NCBI GenBank assembly: GCA_965205265.1 | Contig: CBDBGH010000003.1 | Location: 4,256,001-4,320,000 of the forward strand | Reading direction: 5' to 3' | DNA length: 64,000 nucleotides | Source: Alphaproteobacteria bacterium | GTDB lineage: Bacteria; Pseudomonadota; Alphaproteobacteria; Bin95 | Shown: positions 58,496-64,000 of the stretch, piece by piece | How the letters are laid out: each line of letters opens with the position of its first letter | Position numbering within the stretch: position 1 is the stretch's first letter | Notes under the pieces: model-generated | What the model saw: the letters and a program-made list of their open reading frames with translations, nothing else | What the model was told of the DNA's origin: nothing | Databases searched by the model: none | Made by a program: the position numbers and the translations under genes

Positions 58496-59233
58496 ATGTC
58501 GTCATTCTCCATCGAACACATCCTGATTTCCGCCGACGGCGCGTATCTGGAACTCGTTCCCGGCTCGGACGGGGGCGTGCTGCCCGCGGTTGCGGAGGCA
58601 CTGGTCGAGCACGGCCGCTGCGTCGGCTGCGGTGCGCCACCGTCTCTGCCTCTCGCGCCCTGCCCGTGCGGCCGGAAGCCGGCGGACGGATTCCACGCCT
58701 CCTTCCATTTCCATGTGACGCCGAGCGTCTGGCGAGACCTCCTGGACCCGCTGTGCAGGAAGGACCGGCGACGCCGGACCAGCCGCAACACCCACCGGCT
58801 TCGCAAGGAGGCGATCGGGAACTCCAGGGAACCCTCGTACACGGATAAGGACATTGCCTGCCTGGGAAGGCTCCAGAACGAGCGCTGCTACTATTGCGGG
58901 GGCACCATCCGAACGGCGGCCCAGATCGAGCATCTCGATCCGTTGGCTTACGGCGGCTCGAACGGCTTCGGCAACATCATGCTCGCCTGCCCGTCGTGCA
59001 ATACCGCCAAGGGCACGCTGAGCGAACGGCAGTACTGGAAGAGGCTTGAACGATCCCTCGCCCCCGCCCGGTTCATCCGGTTGCGAGAGGCCGCGAAGCT
59101 CATGAAGCGCGCGAAACGGCACTGTTATCGCACGACAGGCACCTGCGCTTACGGGTGCACCGCCGACGTGCCGGGCGCTCCCGGGCGAATCGGCGATCCC
59201 TCGCAGGCAGGGCCATCGACCGCCGCTGGGTAA
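58496..59233 (+). CDS. HNH endonuclease with Zn-ribbon
   Basis: CYYCG...IEHLDPL..GGSN...NIMLACPSCNTAKG; additional CxxC/CxC motifs N-terminally. Confidence 0.8.
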   Translation: MSSFSIEHILISADGAYLELVPGSDGGVLPAVAEALVEHGRCVGCGAPPSLPLAPCPCGRKPADGFHASFHFHVTPSVWRDLLDPLCRKDRRRRTSRNTHRLRKEAIGNSREPSYTDKDIACLGRLQNERCYYCGGTIRTAAQIEHLDPLAYGGSNGFGNIMLACPSCNTAKGTLSERQYWKRLERSLAPARFIRLREAAKLMKRAKRHCYRTTGTCAYGCTADVPGAPGRIGDPSQAGPSTAAG

Positions 59234-59604
59234 ACGGCCGAAGGCGTCGCATCGCCTAGCCGCATCGAAACCCCTAGTCGCGCGCGCGCCCTAGGTTCCG
59301 ATACCGGCATAGCCAAACCAGGCGGGCCGCGAACGCCCGACCGCATTCGCCGCGCCTCGAACCGCGACCGCGGGCCTCCCTGAAGCGGCCCGCCTCCCTG
59401 CTCCAACGCCCCGTTCCCGGCGTCGTTGCCGCCCGGGCCTCCCTCTCGGCAGCCGAGCGGCGCCCGTCGTCGAACCCATCTCCGCGCATTTCCCCATTCG
59501 GAGTTCGGCGAGCCGGCCGGAGGCGGTCCGGCGGGGCGGGGCGGGAGTCGCACTCCGCGTCCAGCCAACGCCGGTCCGATGCCCTTCAGCACGGAGACCG
59601 GCCC

Positions 59605-62600
59605 ATGCTCGACGCCCGCCCGGCGCCGGACGACCTCGCGCGTCCGCCCCTTCCCGCAACCGCCATCGATCAGCCCGCATCGCCGGCCCGTCCGATCGCT
59701 GGCGATGCCCTGTTCGCCGCGGCCCAGGCCCTGCTGCCGGTGCTGGAAGCCGGCAGGCCCCTTGATGCCGCAGCCCTGCGAGATGCCATGACGGTGGCCT
59801 TCGGCGCATCGGACGCCGAGGGCGGATGGATCTGGAAGGACGCCTACGAGGCCGCCGAGGCGGCGTGCGTGCTGTTCCTCCAGCGCTACCGAAGGGGCAT
59901 GCGCCGCACCTGCGGCGCCGGCGCCGACGGGCCGCGCCGCATGCTGGCGATGCTGGAGGCGGTCGCGGCGCTGGAGCCTTCCCACACCAGGCGCTCGGAG
60001 GAGCAGGTCCGGCTCCAGCAGTTCTCCACCCCGCTGCCGCTCGCCTATGCCGCGTTGCAGGCTGCCGCCATCCGGCCGGGCGACGTCGTGCTGGAGCCCT
60101 CGGCCGGCACCGGTATGCTGGCGGTGATGGCCGAATGTGCGCTCGGCAAGGACGTCGCCGGTCGCCTCCACCTCAACGAAATCGCGCAGACGCGGGCGCA
60201 CCTTCTGACCAGGCTGTTCCCGCAGTCCGCGGTGACCGCCTTCAACGCCGAGGCCATCGCCGACCGGCTGCGCGACGTCCGGCCCACCGTCGTGCTGATG
60301 AACCCGCCCTTCTCGGCGACGCCCGGTGTCGACCGCAGCCGGCACGACGCCGACCTCCGCCATGTCCGCTCGGCCGCCTCGATGCTGCCGCCGGGCGGCC
60401 GGCTGGTGACGATCACCTCGGCCCATTGCGTGCTGGGCGACGCCGTCGGCCGCCTCGATCCCCCGGCGCGCTGCATCTTCACCATGGCCATCGACGGCCG
60501 CGCGTATGCCCGCCGCGGCACCGGGTTCGACACCCGCCTCACCGTGCTGGAGCGCGGCGACGGACCGTGCGTCGATCTCGACGGGACGGCCCGCGCCGCA
60601 AACGCCGCCGAGCTGCTCGAAGCCGTCATCGCGCGGGTGCCGAAGCGCCAGCCGATCGCGCCCGCGCCGGTCCCGGCCGGACCCGCCCGCGACCTGTTCG
60701 GAAAGCCGGTTGCGCCGAAGCCTGCAACGCGCCGGGGTCCGAAGCCCGTATCCACGCCCGAGAGCCGCCGTTCCCATGAGTGGGGGCCGGTCTCCGAGCT
60801 GGTCGTCGAGACCGGCCCGGTCGAGCCGACTGCCGCCGATGCCGACACCGGCCCCTACGCGCCCTGGCGGCCGGGCGCCGTGCGGGTGCCGGGTGCGGTC
60901 GAGCACCCGACGCCGCTGGTCCAGTCCGCCGCCATGGCCGCCGTGCCCCATCCGGTTCCGGCGTACCGGCCGCTGCTCCCGGAGCGCATCGTCGCCGACG
61001 GCCTGCTGTCCGACGCCCAGCTTGAGAGCGTCGTCCTGGCGGGCGAGGCCCATGCCCGACACCTCGCGGCGGAATACCGTATCGGCTCCCAGTGGGAGAC
61101 CGTCCACCGCTGCAAGCTCGACGACGACGGCAACGAGAGCCTGCCCCGGACCCGATCCGGGGAGGAGGTCGACACCTCCCTCGTCACCCAGGAAGGCGAG
61201 ACCCTGTCGGAGCCGGTGCGCTTCCGCCGGGGCTGGATGCTGGGCGACGGCACCGGCTGCGGCAAGGGCCGCCAGGTGGCCGCCATCATCCTCGACAACC
61301 GCCTGCGCGGCAGGAAGCGCGCCCTCTGGCTCTCGCAGTCCGACAAGCTGCTGGAGGACGCGCGGCGCGACTGGACCGCATTGGGCGGGCTGGAGAGCGA
61401 CGTCATCCCGCTCGGCAACTTCCGGCAGGGAAAGGAGATACCCCTCGATGCCGGCATCCTGTTCGCGACCTACGCCACGCTGCGCTCGTCGTCCCGCCAG
61501 GGTCGGCCGTCGCGGCTCGACCAGATCGTCGAATGGCTTGCCGGCTCATTGGACGAGGAGGACCGCCACGCCTTCGACGGCGTGATCGTGTTCGACGAGG
61601 CCCACGCCATGGCGAATGCGGCGGGCTCGAAGTCCGAGCGCGGCGAGACCAAGCCCTCCCAGCAGGGCCGCGCAGGGCTCAGGCTTCAGAATGCGCTGCC
61701 GGACGCGCGCATCGCTTACGTCTCGGCCACCGGCGCCACGACGCTGCCCGGCCTCGCCTATGCCGGCAGGCTGGGATTGTGGGCCGCCGGCGACACGCCG
61801 TTCGAGAGGCGCACCGAGTTCGTCTCCGCCATGGAGGCCGGCGGGGTCGCCGCGATGGAGGTGGTGGCGCGCGACCTGAAAGCGCTCGGCCTCTACCAGG
61901 CAAGGGCGCTCGCCTATGACGGCATCGAGGTCGACATCCTCGAACATCCCCTCACGCCGGAGCAGCGGCGCATCTACGACGCCTATGCCGGCGCCTTCAA
62001 GGTGATCCACGCCAACATCGAGGAGGCGCTGAAGGCGACCGGCATCGTCCAGGGCGAGGACACGCTGAACAGGAACGCGAAGGCCGCCGCGCTCAGCGCC
62101 TTCGAGGGCACCAAGCAGCGCTTCTTCGGCCATCTGCTGACCGGCATGAAGTGCCCCTCGACCATCCGCGCCATCGACGCCGACCTCGCCGGTGGGCGGT
62201 CGGCGGTCGTGCAGCTGGTCTCCACCGGCGAAGCGCTGATGGAACGCCGTATCGCCGACGTCCCAGCCTCCGAGTGGGACGACCTTAACATCGACCTGAC
62301 GCCGAGGGACGCGATCCTCTCCTACCTGATGCACGCCTTCCCGGTGCAGTTGCAGGAGCCCTTCACCGACGACGGCGGCAACCTGCTGAGCCGGCCCGCC
62401 AGGGATGCCGACGGCAATCCGGTGATCTGCAAGGAAGCCGAGGACCGGCGCGACGCGCTGATCGAGAAGCTCGCGGCATTGCCGCCGGTGCCGACCGCAT
62501 TGGATCAGATCGTGCAGCATTTCGGGCACGAGGCGGTGGCGGAAGTCACGGGCCGGTCGCGCCGAGTCCTGCGCATCACGGACGCCAGGGGCGAGCGGCT

Positions 62601-64000
62601 GGCGCTGCGCTCGCGGCCGGCCTCCGCCAACCTCGCCGAGACCGCCGCTTTCATGGACGGCGAAAAGCGCATCCTGGTGTTCTCGATGGCCGGCGGCACC
62701 GGGCGCAGCTACCATGCGGACCTCGGCTGCGGAAACACCGAGCGGCGCATCCACTACCTGCTGGAGCCGGGCTGGCGCGCCGACCAGGCAATCCAGGGGC
62801 TGGGACGCACCCACCGCACGCACCAGGCCAGCGCGCCGCTGTTCCGGCCCGTCACCACCGACGTGAAGGGTGAGCGCAGGTTCATCGCCACCATCGCGCG
62901 GCGGCTCGACAGCCTGGGCGCCATCACGCGGGGCCAGCGGGATTCGCAGACCGCGATGGGCGGCAGCGACGCGGCGCTGTTCCGCGAGAGCGACAACCTT
63001 GAGAGCCCCTACGCCAAAGCCGCCTTGCGCCAGTTCTACGGCGCGCTGTGGCGCGGCAGCATCGAGGGCTGGAATCTCGAGCGTTTCGAGAAGGCCACCG
63101 GGCTCAAGCTCACCTGGGAGGGCAATCTCAAGGAGGACCTGCCGCCCATGCCGAGGTTCCTCAACCGGCTGCTGGCGCTGCCCATCGCCGAGCAGAACCA
63201 GCTCTTCGCCGAGCTGGAGAGCCGTATCGCCAGCAACATCGAGCAGGCGATCGAGACCGGCAGCTACGAGGTCGGCGTCGAGACCGTCACAGCGGACTCG
63301 CTGGTTATCGCCGGCCGGGAGACGCTCTACGAGCATCCCGGCACCGGGGCGGCCACCGAGCTGGTCGAGATCGTCCGCCGCGACAGGCTGGTGCCGCTCA
63401 CGGCGGAATCGGCGCTGGAGATCGGCGAACGCGATCCCGGCCCGGACGGCAAGCCGCGCCTCGCGGTCAACGCCCGCTCGAAACGCGCCGCCGTCATCCT
63501 GCCGGCAGCCTCGCGCATGCTCGACGATGGCGGGGTGCGGGAGCGGGTCCGGCTGATCCGGCCCGCGACCGCCGAGACCATGGCCAGCGCCGAGCTCGAC
63601 GCCTCGAACTGGCGCCGTGCCGACGAAGCTCAGTGGCGGCGCGTCTGGGACGCGGAGATCGCCGGGCTGCCGTCGCACCGGGACTCGCGCTTCTGGCTCG
63701 CCACCGGCCTCCTGCTGCCGGTCTGGGACCGCCTGCCGGAGGAGAACATGCGGGTCCGGCGGCTGACGACCGATCCCGGATCGGGGAAGCCTGCCCCGGC
63801 CTCCGAGCCGGGGGGACAGACGACGGGCGAATCCCTCATCGGGCGCGTGCTCGACGCGGAGCAGGTGCGGGCCGTGCGCCAGAGCTTCGGGCTCGGCGGC
63901 GGCCCCGCCATGACGGGGGCGGAGGCATTCGAGGCGGTCATGGGCCGCGGCAACGCGCTCGCGCTCGCCAACGGATGGCGGCTCGCGCGCCGCCGCCTGA
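59605..64000 (+). CDS. Strawberry-notch-like methyltransferase/SF2 helicase (3' end beyond window)
   Basis: Read manually from ATG 59605 (RBS GGAG): QQFSTP, VLEPSAGTG, MNPPF, LGDGTGCGKGRQ, VFDEAH, YVSATG, AGGTGRSYHAD, QGLGRTHR. Frame stays open to the window end. Confidence 0.9.
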   Translation, partial: MLDARPAPDDLARPPLPATAIDQPASPARPIAGDALFAAAQALLPVLEAGRPLDAAALRDAMTVAFGASDAEGGWIWKDAYEAAEAACVLFLQRYRRGMRRTCGAGADGPRRMLAMLEAVAALEPSHTRRSEEQVRLQQFSTPLPLAYAALQAAAIRPGDVVLEPSAGTGMLAVMAECALGKDVAGRLHLNEIAQTRAHLLTRLFPQSAVTAFNAEAIADRLRDVRPTVVLMNPPFSATPGVDRSRHDADLRHVRSAASMLPPGGRLVTITSAHCVLGDAVGRLDPPARCIFTMAIDGRAYARRGTGFDTRLTVLERGDGPCVDLDGTARAANAAELLEAVIARVPKRQPIAPAPVPAGPARDLFGKPVAPKPATRRGPKPVSTPESRRSHEWGPVSELVVETGPVEPTAADADTGPYAPWRPGAVRVPGAVEHPTPLVQSAAMAAVPHPVPAYRPLLPERIVADGLLSDAQLESVVLAGEAHARHLAAEYRIGSQWETVHRCKLDDDGNESLPRTRSGEEVDTSLVTQEGETLSEPVRFRRGWMLGDGTGCGKGRQVAAIILDNRLRGRKRALWLSQSDKLLEDARRDWTALGGLESDVIPLGNFRQGKEIPLDAGILFATYATLRSSSRQGRPSRLDQIVEWLAGSLDEEDRHAFDGVIVFDEAHAMANAAGSKSERGETKPSQQGRAGLRLQNALPDARIAYVSATGATTLPGLAYAGRLGLWAAGDTPFERRTEFVSAMEAGGVAAMEVVARDLKALGLYQARALAYDGIEVDILEHPLTPEQRRIYDAYAGAFKVIHANIEEALKATGIVQGEDTLNRNAKAAALSAFEGTKQRFFGHLLTGMKCPSTIRAIDADLAGGRSAVVQLVSTGEALMERRIADVPASEWDDLNIDLTPRDAILSYLMHAFPVQLQEPFTDDGGNLLSRPARDADGNPVICKEAEDRRDALIEKLAALPPVPTALDQIVQHFGHEAVAEVTGRSRRVLRITDARGERLALRSRPASANLAETAAFMDGEKRILVFSMAGGTGRSYHADLGCGNTERRIHYLLEPGWRADQAIQGLGRTHRTHQASAPLFRPVTTDVKGERRFIATIARRLDSLGAITRGQRDSQTAMGGSDAALFRESDNLESPYAKAALRQFYGALWRGSIEGWNLERFEKATGLKLTWEGNLKEDLPPMPRFLNRLLALPIAEQNQLFAELESRIASNIEQAIETGSYEVGVETVTADSLVIAGRETLYEHPGTGAATELVEIVRRDRLVPLTAESALEIGERDPGPDGKPRLAVNARSKRAAVILPAASRMLDDGGVRERVRLIRPATAETMASAELDASNWRRADEAQWRRVWDAEIAGLPSHRDSRFWLATGLLLPVWDRLPEENMRVRRLTTDPGSGKPAPASEPGGQTTGESLIGRVLDAEQVRAVRQSFGLGGGPAMTGAEAFEAVMGRGNALALANGWRLARRRL

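Noticed and set aside
63998-64000. Terminal TGA as the stop of the strawberry-notch gene
   Set aside because: Out of frame: the reading frame gives ...CGC CTG A, so the gene continues past the window.

Overview
High-GC (about 70%) alphaproteobacterial chromosome segment, probably Rhodospirillales-like (inferred from gene content). Bases 1-25.2 kb are mostly housekeeping and metabolic: a liv-type ABC transporter, rsmD, a HigBA toxin-antitoxin pair, an acyl-CoA carboxylase, a deaminase, an NHL-repeat protein, alaX-sseA-metC, trxB-phnA, thiOSGE, an AAA/DUF4143 ATPase and a D-aminoacylase. This part also holds an AT-rich secreted orphan, REP-like palindromes and a 192-bp MITE with an 8-bp target-site duplication. 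From about 25.5 kb to the window end is an accessory island: IS91 and IS66 remnants, a fused methyltransferase-BsuBI/PstI restriction gene that keeps an internal RBS, a decayed T1SS ATPase, two RTX proteins behind a G15 tract, two identical IS1634 copies disrupting a Druantia druA gene (one with a 185-bp target duplication), HU, an unknown gene coupled to a PD-(D/E)xK nuclease, and a Kiwa system. It ends in a co-oriented ICE/plasmid-like backbone: PAPS reductase, MoxR-AAA/DUF3150/VWA, ParB, GHKL ATPase, RadC, a HEPN+HNH pair and a strawberry-notch methylase/helicase. The most notable observations are (1) the ParB protein ends in an FtsZ-like C-terminal peptide (LDIPEFLRRV) after a disordered linker, (2) a 69-aa ORF copies the C-terminus of the GHKL ATPase, (3) two candidate uncharacterised defence cassettes, and (4) palindromic elements inserted in-frame in coding genes. 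No rRNA, tRNA or CRISPR array was seen. All family assignments come from motif recognition by eye; no database search was run.
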